Notes under the pieces: generated by a model | Told to the model about the DNA's origin: nothing | Database searches by the model: none | What the model saw: only the letters and a program-made list of their open reading frames with translations | Made by a program: the position numbers and the translations under genes | Source of the DNA: Candidatus Eiseniibacteriota bacterium | Lineage (GTDB): Bacteria; Eisenbacteria; RBG-16-71-46; CAIMUX01; JAHJDP01 | DNA: 64,000 nt | Direction of reading: 5' to 3' | Assembly: GCA_018831195.1 (NCBI GenBank) | Contig: JAHJDP010000104.1 | Coordinates: forward strand, 4,758 to 68,757 | Shown here: piece by piece, positions 26,762 through 36,007 of the stretch | How positions within the stretch are numbered: the stretch's first letter is position 1 | How the letters are laid out: each line of letters starts with the position of its first letter

Positions 26762-27859
26762 ATGACGTTGCGATCAGACCCAAAATCCGGCCGCCCCGGC
26801 CTTCTGCGGATTCTCATCATCGGCGGCCTTTGTCTATGCGGCTGCGGCCCATCCCATGAGACGGCGCCGGCGGGTTGGATCCGATTCACCTTGGAGATGG
26901 GGACATCACAAGAATCGAGCGCCGGTGAAAATAACCATGCGGAGAATATCGCCGCGATTCTCAGGATCCGGCTGGTTGAGGCGGGAATGACCGATGCGAT
27001 CGTGCGCGCAGAGGGGGATCGTCAGATTGCTGTAGAAGCCGCCGTGAGCGAAGAGGTTCCGCAAGAGAGGATCGCCGGATTGCTGACGCGGCCGGCGCGG
27101 CTGGAGTTCCATTTTGTAAAACCGGAGAAGGAGTGCCGCGAGGTCATCGAGCGGCTCGACCGGCTTCTCGCGGAAGAAGGGAGCGTCATGGAGATCCCCG
27201 CGGGCAGCGATCCCGAGGAGGCCCGCTCCCGCCCCCTCCTGAGCCTTATCTATGACTATCCCCAATGGAATCATCTCGGAGGTTTCCCCGTTCTGCGATC
27301 CAAGGCGCCCGTGTTGTTGAAAGCGCTGGAACAGGCCGAAACCAACCACTTCGTGCCGGAAGATGTTGAATGCGCCTTATCCAGCACCGAGTATATGGTG
27401 GCGCAAGGGTTGGTCGGGAGCCTTCTTCATGTTTTAGAGCGAACGGCCTTGATCTCCGGGGATCACATAGCGAATGCGGAAGTACGATTCGGTCTGGATC
27501 CCTTCGATCCTGAAGATCCCGGTGTGCTGGTTACTCTGAACCCGGAAGGAAGCGAGATTTTCCGTATCGCCACACGAGGCCATGTCGAATCGATGCTCGC
27601 CATCGTGATGGACGGACGGGTCATGTCAGCCCCGGCCATAAAAGAGGAAATCCCGAATGGGATGGCGCAGATCACGGGGCGATTCACTCTCGAAGAGGCA
27701 AGAGATTTGTCGGCGACGCTCCGCTCCGGTGCGCTTCCCGCTCCACTGCGGATTGTAAATGTACAGTCAATCAAGGAACCGCCTCATCTTTCCGGCCGCG
27801 GCGTTTCCTTGGAAGAATTTCGAGGGGGGTCGATCGGGAAGCGGAGCCTGCACGGTTGA
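26762..27859 (+). CDS. SecD periplasmic (P1) domain-only protein, probable lipoprotein
   Basis: ORF 26720-27859. ATG 26762 gives MTLRSDPKSGRPGLLRILIIGGLCLCGC, and the promoter position argues against ATG 26720. SecD hallmarks are IAAILRIRL.EAGM...V.AEGDRQI.VE, LEFHFV, and LAIVMDGRVMSAPAIKEEIPNGMAQITGRFTLEEARDLSATLRSGALPAPLRIV. The ORF stops right after this. None of the SecD C-terminal TM segments are present. Confidence 0.7.
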   Translation: MTLRSDPKSGRPGLLRILIIGGLCLCGCGPSHETAPAGWIRFTLEMGTSQESSAGENNHAENIAAILRIRLVEAGMTDAIVRAEGDRQIAVEAAVSEEVPQERIAGLLTRPARLEFHFVKPEKECREVIERLDRLLAEEGSVMEIPAGSDPEEARSRPLLSLIYDYPQWNHLGGFPVLRSKAPVLLKALEQAETNHFVPEDVECALSSTEYMVAQGLVGSLLHVLERTALISGDHIANAEVRFGLDPFDPEDPGVLVTLNPEGSEIFRIATRGHVESMLAIVMDGRVMSAPAIKEEIPNGMAQITGRFTLEEARDLSATLRSGALPAPLRIVNVQSIKEPPHLSGRGVSLEEFRGGSIGKRSLHG

Positions 27860-29562
27860 TTCCAAGTAGTGAAAGGATTGATGTTGTGGGAAGACGGAAC
27901 GATGTCCATCGGCGATTTTTGAAAGGTTTGATCTCGCTTCTCTTTATCATGCTCATCCCTTGTGCCATGGGTATGTCGACTCCAGGCGGGGATGAAGGGG
28001 CCTCCCCATCGCTGAGTGATGCGGCGGATGATGCGGCGAGTGATGCGGCGGATGAAACACTGATCCGCAGCCCCGTCTGGGCGCAGGAGCTTCAGGGCCT
28101 TTGGACCGATCTTGATGATTTGGTCCAACATTGGGTTCTGCGGCAGGGCCCGCATGGCCGCTTTCTTCCTTCCGCGTTGGATCGATCCGATTCAACCTCA
28201 ACCACGGCCGAATCCCTCGCCGTCGAGGTGTCGCCGGAAGATTGGGAGAGTGCTTTTGAGGTCGTCGAAACCTGGCCGTGTTATCTAAGCATCACCGGTG
28301 ATCAGCCGGCCTTCGCCGCGCTCATGGCTCTCTGCTTCGCTTTTGCTGATGACGTCCTTGGTCTGGCCCCCGAGGATTCAGCCGAAGCCGCGCCGCCCCA
28401 AGTGATGATTCCCGCCGCCTATAGGGGGGCGACGGCGACCCTCATCAGTTATTCATATGCTCTGGTGCCGCACAGCCCGGCGGAAACGTGGCTGCGCGCT
28501 ATTGAGGATCGCTGGTCTTTTCCGCGTCATGATCCATTACAGGTACGGCTTGAACTGGCTCTTTTACGTCTGACACGCGATTCGGGCAGAGCGGACAGGA
28601 TCCGCGCCGCCGCCGCCGATTATCTTTCCCGCCCGATCTCCGATCGATTGGATGAAAACCTGGAGGCGGCCGATCTCATGATCGATCTCGCTTCGATCCT
28701 TCCATCGCAGGGGATGCCGGGCCATGGGCCGGGCAAAACGGAGTTATTGGAAAAGGTTGCGGAACGCCTGACAAAGGCGATTGATGCGATCCAAGAGATG
28801 GGGAAGGAGGAGGCGGCCTCCCGTTCGGGACTTCTGACGGAGATCGCTCTGCGCTACAGGGCGCTGTCACAGGATCAGCGGATCGACACGCTCCTGATCG
28901 ATTGGATCTACAGCGGAGAGCAGGGTCTGCATTTGTCTCATGAACCGCTTCCCGCCGGTTTCATCTGGAAAGTTGAAGGCGGGGATGACGCCCTGGCGAC
29001 AGCCCTTAAGACGGCGCGGATTGAATTGGACCGGCATCGGCAACGGCTGCGCGGCGAAGCTTCGGGACTATGGGACGGGGAACGCATAAAATGCCGCGAT
29101 GCCGCGGCGCTTCTCGCCCTTCTTACGCAGGCCGGACTCAGCACGCGCAACGGACGCGTGCCGGACATCCTGGTTCGATACAGGGATGCCCATGGAGTCC
29201 TGGGTCTTCGTCATCCTGTTTCAGCCTTCTGTGAGACCAATAGCCGGAATGAAGTGGTGGTTTCATTTTGGCACGACTATATCGATCCCGTTACAGTTTG
29301 GGTGGAACCGGCGCTGGAGGGCGCCAGGCTGGGGCGTTCCTGGTGGGAGATCAATAAAAAGAACGAGGATGGAGAGGGTGAGAAAAGATGGAGCCCTCTT
29401 CCGTATCTGAAGATTGGAAGGGTCGGCCCTCTGGTGCTGGGCCGGAAAAAAAGCCTTCATCTTCGCATGGAATGGCTGCCGGGAGAGAGTCTGATCGGGC
29501 AGTGGTGCGAGCCGGCGAAGAAACCAATGGTGTTAGGGCCGGGAGGGCCGGCGTTGCGCTAG
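27856..29562 (+). CDS. hypothetical secreted protein (about 550-568 aa), no recognisable family
   Basis: The TTG at 27856 overlaps the upstream TGA. Alternative starts are GTG 27886 and TTG 27919, the latter giving (M)KGLISLLFIMLIPCAMG as a signal peptide. There is an acidic DAAD/DAAS repeat after the signal. The rest looks like a helical region followed by a beta-rich C-terminus. Confidence 0.55.
   Translation: MIPSSERIDVVGRRNDVHRRFLKGLISLLFIMLIPCAMGMSTPGGDEGASPSLSDAADDAASDAADETLIRSPVWAQELQGLWTDLDDLVQHWVLRQGPHGRFLPSALDRSDSTSTTAESLAVEVSPEDWESAFEVVETWPCYLSITGDQPAFAALMALCFAFADDVLGLAPEDSAEAAPPQVMIPAAYRGATATLISYSYALVPHSPAETWLRAIEDRWSFPRHDPLQVRLELALLRLTRDSGRADRIRAAAADYLSRPISDRLDENLEAADLMIDLASILPSQGMPGHGPGKTELLEKVAERLTKAIDAIQEMGKEEAASRSGLLTEIALRYRALSQDQRIDTLLIDWIYSGEQGLHLSHEPLPAGFIWKVEGGDDALATALKTARIELDRHRQRLRGEASGLWDGERIKCRDAAALLALLTQAGLSTRNGRVPDILVRYRDAHGVLGLRHPVSAFCETNSRNEVVVSFWHDYIDPVTVWVEPALEGARLGRSWWEINKKNEDGEGEKRWSPLPYLKIGRVGPLVLGRKKSLHLRMEWLPGESLIGQWCEPAKKPMVLGPGGPALR
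28018..28053 (+). repeat. 12-nt coding tandem repeat x3
   Basis: GATGCGGCGGAT / GATGCGGCGAGT / GATGCGGCGGAT, encoding DAAD-DAAS-DAAD. Confidence 0.8.
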
Positions 29563-29730
29563 AACTTCTTCCGTTTTTTCGCCGCCTCCGATGCTCTGCG
29601 GCGACAACTGATCCGCGGGCTGAAATCACTTGTTGCTAAGGAATTCGAGGTATGGAAACATGCCAGGGAACCAATATGGCGGCTGGTTTGACCGCCTTCA
29701 ATCGGTTGGCATACTGCGGGAGAGGGATGG

Positions 29731-30084
29731 ATGACATCCTATGGCGGCCTGATCTTCGTTCTTGGTCTTGCACTCCTTCTACCTATTCTTTTCATGGTTG
29801 CCTCGTCTTTTCTCGGTCCAAGGCGATCCACCTCGGAAAAAATGGTTCCTTACGAATCAGGAATCCTGCCACAGGGATTGGTGAGCAGCCGAATCCCCGT
29901 TAAATATTATCTCGTGGCCGTGCTTTTTCTCGTTTTCGACGTCGAGGTTGTTTTCCTCTTCCCCTGGGGGGTGCTTTTCAAAAAACTCGGCGTTCCTGGA
30001 CTTTGGGAGATGATTCTATTCCTGGCCGTTCTCGTTGTGGGATTGATCTATGTCTGGAGAAAGGGAGCATTGGAATGGGAATGA
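29731..30084 (+). CDS. nuoA: NADH-quinone oxidoreductase subunit A
   Basis: 117 aa with three TM helices. It has PYESG and [22 protein letters not shown]. Confidence 0.93.
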   Translation: MTSYGGLIFVLGLALLLPILFMVASSFLGPRRSTSEKMVPYESGILPQGLVSSRIPVKYYLVAVLFLVFDVEVVFLFPWGVLFKKLGVPGLWEMILFLAVLVVGLIYVWRKGALEWE

Positions 30085-30647
30085 GGTTCCTTCATCCCAC
30101 CCCCGGCCTATCGGGAATCCCTCAAGAGGATGCAGAGGCGAGGTCGCGAGAGATCCTTCAGCGGGCCCGGATCTATGGCGAGGACCGGACCCTCACCGAC
30201 CAAATGATGCTGACGCGGCTTGACAGTGTCGTGAATTGGGGCCGGAAAAATTCACTCTGGCCCTTCATTTTTGGAACGGCCTGCTGCGCCATCGAATTCA
30301 TGGCCGTCGCTGCTTCACATTTTGATATCTCCCGCTTCGGAGCCGAGCTGATCCGGTGGTCTCCCCGCCAGGCCGACATGATGATTGTGGGGGGGACGGT
30401 TTCCTATAAGCAGGCTCCGATCCTCAGGCGGATTTATCAGCAGATGGCCGATCCGAAGTGGGTTATCGCCATGGGCGCCTGCGCCGCTTCGGGCGGATTT
30501 TATGACGATTACTGCACGGTCCAGGGGGTGGATAAGATCATTCCAGTGGATCTTTATATCGCCGGCTGCCCGCCGCGTCCCGAGGCGATACTGGGGGCGA
30601 TTCGCGAGCTGCAGATCCGCCTGGAGCGCCAGCCGGTTCGCGTTTGA
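30081..30647 (+). CDS. nuoB: NADH-quinone oxidoreductase subunit B
   Basis: The ORF is tracked from 30003. ATG 30081 overlaps the nuoA stop as ATGA, and ATG 30075 is also possible. The core includes [33 protein letters not shown] and IAGCPPRPE. Confidence 0.92.
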   Translation: MRFLHPTPGLSGIPQEDAEARSREILQRARIYGEDRTLTDQMMLTRLDSVVNWGRKNSLWPFIFGTACCAIEFMAVAASHFDISRFGAELIRWSPRQADMMIVGGTVSYKQAPILRRIYQQMADPKWVIAMGACAASGGFYDDYCTVQGVDKIIPVDLYIAGCPPRPEAILGAIRELQIRLERQPVRV

Positions 30648-30698
30648 TATTTGTCTTTTGTTGAGATTGCTGGGAATGAAGCAAGGGATGAAGCCATC

Positions 30699-32444
30699 AT
30701 GGAAGAGAAGACTGCGGCAGGGATCACCGGGAAGACCTGGCCGGATGTATCCCTTGAGCCTTCAACAAAAGAATTCGGTGAAAGAATCCGTCTAGATCCG
30801 CCGGTTTGCGGTCTTCCGGCATTCCGCGTGCAGCCGGAGCTGCTCTACAATGCCATAAGGTTTTTAAAAGAAAATAAAGCCTATCGTTTTAACCAGCTCA
30901 CCGATGTGACCTGCGTCGATCATCTGCAAAACGGGCAAGCTCCGGCCCGCTTTGAGATAATTTACAATTTCCATAGTCTCCCAACCTCCGCCAGATTGAT
31001 TCTTAAATCCTGGATCGCCGAAGACGACGCGACCGTCGATTCGATTCATTCCCTCTATAAAAACGCCAATTGGCTTGAGCGCGAAATTTTCGATCAGTAT
31101 GGCCTCCGTTTCAAGGGCCACCCCAATATGAAGCGAATTCTCAATCACAAAGAATTTGTGGGCCACCCGCTGCGAAAAGATTATCCCATCTCAAAGGGGC
31201 AATGGTTATCGGAAGCCGATGATCTCCTCGATGAATTGGAAATCCGGCATCGCCTCGACCCAAAGGATGATGACGGCGACCGGGAGCGGATGACATTGAA
31301 TCTTGGTCCCAGCCACCCGGCGGCGCACGGCACTCTGAGAAATATGGTAGAGCTCTCCGGTGAGACCATTCTGTATTGTATTCCTGAAATCGGGTATTTG
31401 CATCGCGGTTTTGAAAAGAATGCCGAGACGCACTGTTATAATATGGTGATTCCCTATACAGACAGGCTCAATTACTGCTCGGCGATCATGAACAATGTCG
31501 GTTATGTAAAAGCCGTCGAGAGGCTGCTTAATATTGAAGTTCCCGAGCGATGCCGGTACATCCGGGTGATAATGTGTGAGCTTTCCCGGATCATGGATCA
31601 TCTTGTGGCCAACGGCGCCAACCTCGTTGATTTGGGGGCGCTGACGAATTATTGGTATCTCTTTAGTCTGCGAGAAAAAATTTATAACGTACTGGAAGAA
31701 CAGACCGGCGCCCGCTTGACGAATTCATATACCCGGGTCGGTGGTGTTTGGGCCGATGTGAATGAGAACTTCGAGCCTTCGGTCCGGCAAATCCTTAAGG
31801 ATGTGCCTCGGCATGTCAATGATTCGCTGAAACTGGTTGCGCGCAACCGGATATTTCTCGACCGGACCGTCGGCGTCGGCGCGATCTCCGCGGAAGACGC
31901 CGTTTCCTTCGGCTATACAGGCCCCTGCCTCAGGGCTGCCGGAGTTGATTGGGATCTAAGAAAGGTTCAACCCTATTACCACTATGACGAGTTTGATTTC
32001 GACATTCCCGTCGGTGAGAGGGGCGACACCTACGATCGCATTATGGTCCGGTTTGAAGAAATGTTCCAAAGCTGCCGCATTATCGCGCAGGCTTTGGACC
32101 GCATGCCCGACGGGCCGGTCAACATCGCCGACCGGCGTTATATCCTTCCTCCAAAAGAAGAGGTTTACTCGAGCATTGAAGGGATGGTCTCGCACTTCAA
32201 TCTCGTCATGCGAGGCGTGCGTCCGCCGGCGGGGGATGTCTATGACGCCACCGAAGCGGCCAATGGCGAACTTGGATTTTATATTGTCAGCGATGGATCA
32301 CAGAATCCATATAAATGTCATGTGCGTCCGCCATGCTTTCACATTTATTCTTCATTCCCAACTTTGGCCGAAGGGGGAATGATCGCAGACGCCATCGCCA
32401 TTCTGGGGAGTTTGAATATTATTGCCGGTGAATTGGACCGGTAG
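30699..32444 (+). CDS. nuoCD: fused NADH-quinone oxidoreductase subunit C/D
   Basis: A single ORF. The NuoC part includes NANWLEREIFDQYGLRFKGHPNMKRIL. It continues in frame into NuoD with MTLNLGPSHPAAHGTLR, GYLHRGFEK and SLNIIAGELDR. The start is either ATG 30699 or TTG 30651. Confidence 0.93.
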   Translation: MEEKTAAGITGKTWPDVSLEPSTKEFGERIRLDPPVCGLPAFRVQPELLYNAIRFLKENKAYRFNQLTDVTCVDHLQNGQAPARFEIIYNFHSLPTSARLILKSWIAEDDATVDSIHSLYKNANWLEREIFDQYGLRFKGHPNMKRILNHKEFVGHPLRKDYPISKGQWLSEADDLLDELEIRHRLDPKDDDGDRERMTLNLGPSHPAAHGTLRNMVELSGETILYCIPEIGYLHRGFEKNAETHCYNMVIPYTDRLNYCSAIMNNVGYVKAVERLLNIEVPERCRYIRVIMCELSRIMDHLVANGANLVDLGALTNYWYLFSLREKIYNVLEEQTGARLTNSYTRVGGVWADVNENFEPSVRQILKDVPRHVNDSLKLVARNRIFLDRTVGVGAISAEDAVSFGYTGPCLRAAGVDWDLRKVQPYYHYDEFDFDIPVGERGDTYDRIMVRFEEMFQSCRIIAQALDRMPDGPVNIADRRYILPPKEEVYSSIEGMVSHFNLVMRGVRPPAGDVYDATEAANGELGFYIVSDGSQNPYKCHVRPPCFHIYSSFPTLAEGGMIADAIAILGSLNIIAGELDR

Positions 32445-32450
32445 GGAGAC

Positions 32451-33083
32451 GTGTCGGGGATGGACAAAGCAAAGCCGGCGATCGGACCCAGATTGAATCC
32501 GGAATTGGGCGGAACCATCCGTCCCGGCGGCGCCAACCGGCCCGGAAGCGAGGGGTGTGAGACGCCGTTTCCGATGGCCGCGGCAGGCGCCAAGATAGAA
32601 TTCAGTCCCGAGACGCTGGCCGAGTTGGAATCCATCATCGCCAAATACCCCGATCGAACGGCGGCCCTTCTGCCCGCGCTCTGGATCGCTCAAAGGGAAT
32701 TTGGTTATATCAGCCACGAAACCATTCCCTATCTAGCCGATCTCATCGGGATTCCGCCTTCCCAGGTCTATGGGGTGACATCATTTTACACGATGTTTCA
32801 GCCCAAACCAGAGGGCCGTTTTGTGATCAGTATCTGTACGAATATCTCTTGCGCATTATTGGGCGCTGATTCCCTCGTGGAACACCTGATGACGCGGCTT
32901 CATATCGGATTGGGTGAAACGACACCCGACGGCCTCTTCACATTGAAAGCGGTGGAGTGCCTGGCCTGTTGCGATGGCGCGCCGGCCATGCAGGTGAATG
33001 AAGAGACCTACATGAATTTGACCAAGGAATCCTTGGATAAGTTGTTGGAGAGCTTGAAAGACAAGGGTGGCGGCCGGACCTGA
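32451..33083 (+). CDS. nuoE: NADH-quinone oxidoreductase subunit E
   Basis: The 2Fe-2S motifs are ICTNISCALLGA and VECLACCDGAPAMQVN. The conserved NuoE core begins at ATG 32574 (MAAAGAKIEFSPETLAELESIIAKYP). The 5' portion from GTG 32451 or ATG 32460 may be untranslated. Confidence 0.85.
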   Translation: MSGMDKAKPAIGPRLNPELGGTIRPGGANRPGSEGCETPFPMAAAGAKIEFSPETLAELESIIAKYPDRTAALLPALWIAQREFGYISHETIPYLADLIGIPPSQVYGVTSFYTMFQPKPEGRFVISICTNISCALLGADSLVEHLMTRLHIGLGETTPDGLFTLKAVECLACCDGAPAMQVNEETYMNLTKESLDKLLESLKDKGGGRT

Positions 33084-33113
33084 AATTGAGGACCAGGCGG
33101 GGAGAGAGGATCT

Positions 33114-34415
33114 GTGGAGCGGAAGATTATTTCCAAAAACTTCGGGGTTGAAGATTCCTGGACCTTGCCGGTTTATGAAGCCAACGGCGGCTATGCGGCG
33201 ATGCGGAAGGCCTTCGGGATGGATCCGCAGGCCGTGCTGGAAGAGGTTAAAGCCTCCAAAATCCGCGGTAGAGGCGGAGCCGGCTTCCCCATGGGGCTCA
33301 AGTGGAGTTTCGTGCCGAGAGATATTGATAAACCAAAATATCTTTGTGTCAATGCCGATGAAGGCGAGCCCGGCACATTTAAGGACCGTCATATTCTTGA
33401 GAATGATCCCCATATGATGATTGAGGGGATTATCATATGTTGCTGGGCCGTCGGCATCCGCAAAGCCTTCATTTATATCCGCGGCGAATTCCATAAGCAG
33501 TGCGACCGTTTAGATTCGGCGGTGCGGGAGGCCTACGAAAAAGGTTATCTCGGCCGGAATATTAATAGTGATGGATTCGATCTCGATATCGTGGTTCACC
33601 GCGGCGCCGGAGCCTACATTTGCGGCGAAGAAACCGGCCTCATCGAAAGTGTCGAGGGGAAACGGGGACAACCCCGGATGAAGCCGCCTTTCCCCGCGCT
33701 GATCGGGGTTTTTGACTGCCCTACCGTTGTCAACAATGTTGAAACCCTGGCGGCGCTTCCCTGGATTCTGCAAAACGGCGCCGCGGCGTATGCCGCCATC
33801 GGGACGGAGAAGAGCAGCGGTACAAAACTTTGGTCCATCAGCGGGCATGTCGAGAGGCCGGGGGTTTATGAATTGGATATGGGGGTCCCCCTCAGGGTTC
33901 TCCTGGAAGAACATGCCGGCGGTGTCAGGAATGGGAAAAAACTAAAAGCCGTCATCCCCGGAGGATCCTCTACCCCCGTGCTGACCGCTGAAGAAGCTTA
34001 CACGGTGAATCTGGATTACGAAAGCCTTGAGAAGGCCGGTTCGATGCTGGGTTCCGGCGCCATGATCATCATTGATGAAGAGACCTGCATGGTATGGGTT
34101 TTGACAATTCTCGAGAAATTCTACGCTCACGAGTCCTGCGGCCAGTGCCCGCCTTGCCGGGAGGGAACCGCCTGGATGCACAGGCTGCTATGCAAGATTG
34201 AGCGCGGTGAGGGGACACTTGAGGATTTGGATAAGCTCGAGGATATCGCCAATAACATCGGGGGGAAAACGATCTGCGTTTTGTCCGATGCGGCCGCCAT
34301 GCCGGCGCAAAGTTTTATTAAAAAATTCCGGCATGAGTTTGAGGAGCATATCAAGACGGGGCATTGCCGATTCCGCGATAACAAGTGGACGGCGGCGCTG
34401 GAAGGCGTTCACTGA
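33114..34415 (+). CDS. nuoF: NADH-quinone oxidoreductase subunit F
   Basis: 433 aa with a GTG start. It has GRGGAGFPMGLKWSF, YICGEETGLIESVEGKRGQPR and ESCGQCPPCREG. Confidence 0.96.
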   Translation: MERKIISKNFGVEDSWTLPVYEANGGYAAMRKAFGMDPQAVLEEVKASKIRGRGGAGFPMGLKWSFVPRDIDKPKYLCVNADEGEPGTFKDRHILENDPHMMIEGIIICCWAVGIRKAFIYIRGEFHKQCDRLDSAVREAYEKGYLGRNINSDGFDLDIVVHRGAGAYICGEETGLIESVEGKRGQPRMKPPFPALIGVFDCPTVVNNVETLAALPWILQNGAAAYAAIGTEKSSGTKLWSISGHVERPGVYELDMGVPLRVLLEEHAGGVRNGKKLKAVIPGGSSTPVLTAEEAYTVNLDYESLEKAGSMLGSGAMIIIDEETCMVWVLTILEKFYAHESCGQCPPCREGTAWMHRLLCKIERGEGTLEDLDKLEDIANNIGGKTICVLSDAAAMPAQSFIKKFRHEFEEHIKTGHCRFRDNKWTAALEGVH

Positions 34416-34423
34416 GGAAGATT

Positions 34424-36001
34424 ATGGGTTCTGTAACAATTGAAATCGACGGCCGCCAAGTCACCGTCGAGGAAGGCCTGAACGTCATTCAGGCCGCCCA
34501 ATTCCTTGACATCCAGATTCCCCATTTCTGCTACCATGAGGGCCTCGGCGTCGACGGCAATTGCCGCATGTGCCTAGTGGAAGTCGAAGGCATGCCCAAA
34601 CTACAGCCCGCGTGCAATTTATTTGTTAAAGAAGGCCTGAAGGTCCGCACGCGAACGCCCCAGGTGATGGAACACCGCCGTCTGGTTTTAGAATGCCTCT
34701 TTCTGAATCATCCCATCGACTGCTCTATTTGCGATCAATCGGGCGAATGCTATCTTCAAGATTACTACCTCGACCACGGAAACTATCGGAGCCGATACGA
34801 TTTACCAAAACGACTCAAGAGAAAACGGGTGGATGCCGGGCCCCACGTCATTCTTGACGCAGAGCGCTGCGTCCTCTGCGCGCGTTGCGTCCGGTTTTGC
34901 GACAATATTACAAAAACCGGCGAACTGCGGATTGTCAACCGGGGGGATCGTTCGGAAATAACACTCTTTCCGGGAAAGAAGCTGGATAATCCTTATAGTC
35001 TCAATACGGTGCAGATCTGTCCAGTCGGCGCGCTGACCTCAAAAGATTTTCGGTTCAGCTGGCGTGTTTGGTTTTTGAAATCGGCCCATTCGATATGCAC
35101 CGGCTGCAGCCGGGGATGCAATATCATTATTGATCACGCCGATAATCACGCCTATCGGTACCAGGCGCGATGCAATCCCCAAGTTAACGGCTACTGGCTC
35201 TGTGATGACGGCCGCCTCTCTTATAAAATGATCAATGATCACCGGCTTCATGTTCTGACCGAGCCTTCAGGGAATTCCCGGGATACATTCCCGCGGTTTG
35301 AGGAGGCTCTTTCCGGAATCGGCCGGCAGATTGAGGGGGCGTCATCGGTCACCGCACTCATGAGCCCGGATCTCTCGAACGAAGATCTCTATGCGGCAAG
35401 CCGGTTTGCCAAAGAAATCGCCGGATCACAAAGGATGGCCGCTGGGAGCCTGAAACCTGACGGGGTAGAAGATGAACTCCTCCGAAAGGCGGATGCGCAC
35501 CCCAACACCAGCGGATGCAAAACATTAAATCTGTGGGGTGATCTAAAACCAGCGATCGATGCGGGGGGTGATCTGCTCCTCGTTTTTGGGAGCGATCTCC
35601 TCCAATATGACAACGCCCTGCTGAAAAAAATCCGGAGCAGCTTCAAGAGCATTATCATTTTCGCGTCGCATGAGATGAAGGGTTTTGAAACTGGAGCATG
35701 GCTCATTCCTATCGCCTGTCATGCGGAGATGGACGGATCTTTCACCAACTTCGAGGGGAGGGTGCAGAAATTCGATGCGGCGATTCGACGGCGCGGCGAC
35801 ACACTTCCGCTCTGGCGGATTTTAGGGAAGATCGGCCGGGCGATGCAGCGGGAATGGGGGTGGAGTGATCTTGCCGGTTTGAGGCGGGATCTGACAGATG
35901 AGTTTCCGCAATGGAAGGAAGCTCTCATAGAGGCAACGCCGTCAAACAAGACCGGGGTTCCCTTGAAAATGACCGGAACAAAGGAAGCGGGGGAGGAGTA
36001 A
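34424..36001 (+). CDS. nuoG: NADH-quinone oxidoreductase subunit G (short form)
   Basis: ATG 34424 follows GAGGAAG. Cluster motifs are CYHEGLGVDGNCRMCLVEV, HPIDCSICDQSGEC, CVLCARCVRFC, CPVGALT and CTGCSRGCN....C (N7-like). At only about 525 aa, it has a truncated molybdopterin-like domain. Confidence 0.88.
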   Translation: MGSVTIEIDGRQVTVEEGLNVIQAAQFLDIQIPHFCYHEGLGVDGNCRMCLVEVEGMPKLQPACNLFVKEGLKVRTRTPQVMEHRRLVLECLFLNHPIDCSICDQSGECYLQDYYLDHGNYRSRYDLPKRLKRKRVDAGPHVILDAERCVLCARCVRFCDNITKTGELRIVNRGDRSEITLFPGKKLDNPYSLNTVQICPVGALTSKDFRFSWRVWFLKSAHSICTGCSRGCNIIIDHADNHAYRYQARCNPQVNGYWLCDDGRLSYKMINDHRLHVLTEPSGNSRDTFPRFEEALSGIGRQIEGASSVTALMSPDLSNEDLYAASRFAKEIAGSQRMAAGSLKPDGVEDELLRKADAHPNTSGCKTLNLWGDLKPAIDAGGDLLLVFGSDLLQYDNALLKKIRSSFKSIIIFASHEMKGFETGAWLIPIACHAEMDGSFTNFEGRVQKFDAAIRRRGDTLPLWRILGKIGRAMQREWGWSDLAGLRRDLTDEFPQWKEALIEATPSNKTGVPLKMTGTKEAGEE

Positions 36002-36007
36002 GGAACG

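Noticed and set aside
26762-29562. Reading the SecD-P1-like gene as the 5' fragment of a frameshifted secD(F) pseudogene
   Set aside because: The 1.7 kb downstream is filled by one long intact ORF with no SecD/SecF-like TM blocks. No other frame in the ORF track shows such blocks, and the gene has its own promoter and lipobox. I kept it as an intact P1-only gene, but a tblastn check is still needed.
29688-29715. TTGACC-N16-CATACT as the nuo operon promoter
   Set aside because: The hexamers are plausible, but the predicted TSS would leave only about 9 nt before the nuoA ATG, cutting into its RBS. I could not decide between this and an upstream promoter, so I did not call it as a feature.
30003-30080. 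26-codon N-terminal extension of NuoB as drawn in the ORF track
   Set aside because: It overlaps the 3' end of nuoA. The ATG at 30081 forms the classic ATGA stop/start overlap, and the conserved NuoB core needs no extension. The long upstream extensions of nuoJ (37824), nuoM (40557) and nuoG (34385) were trimmed for the same reason.
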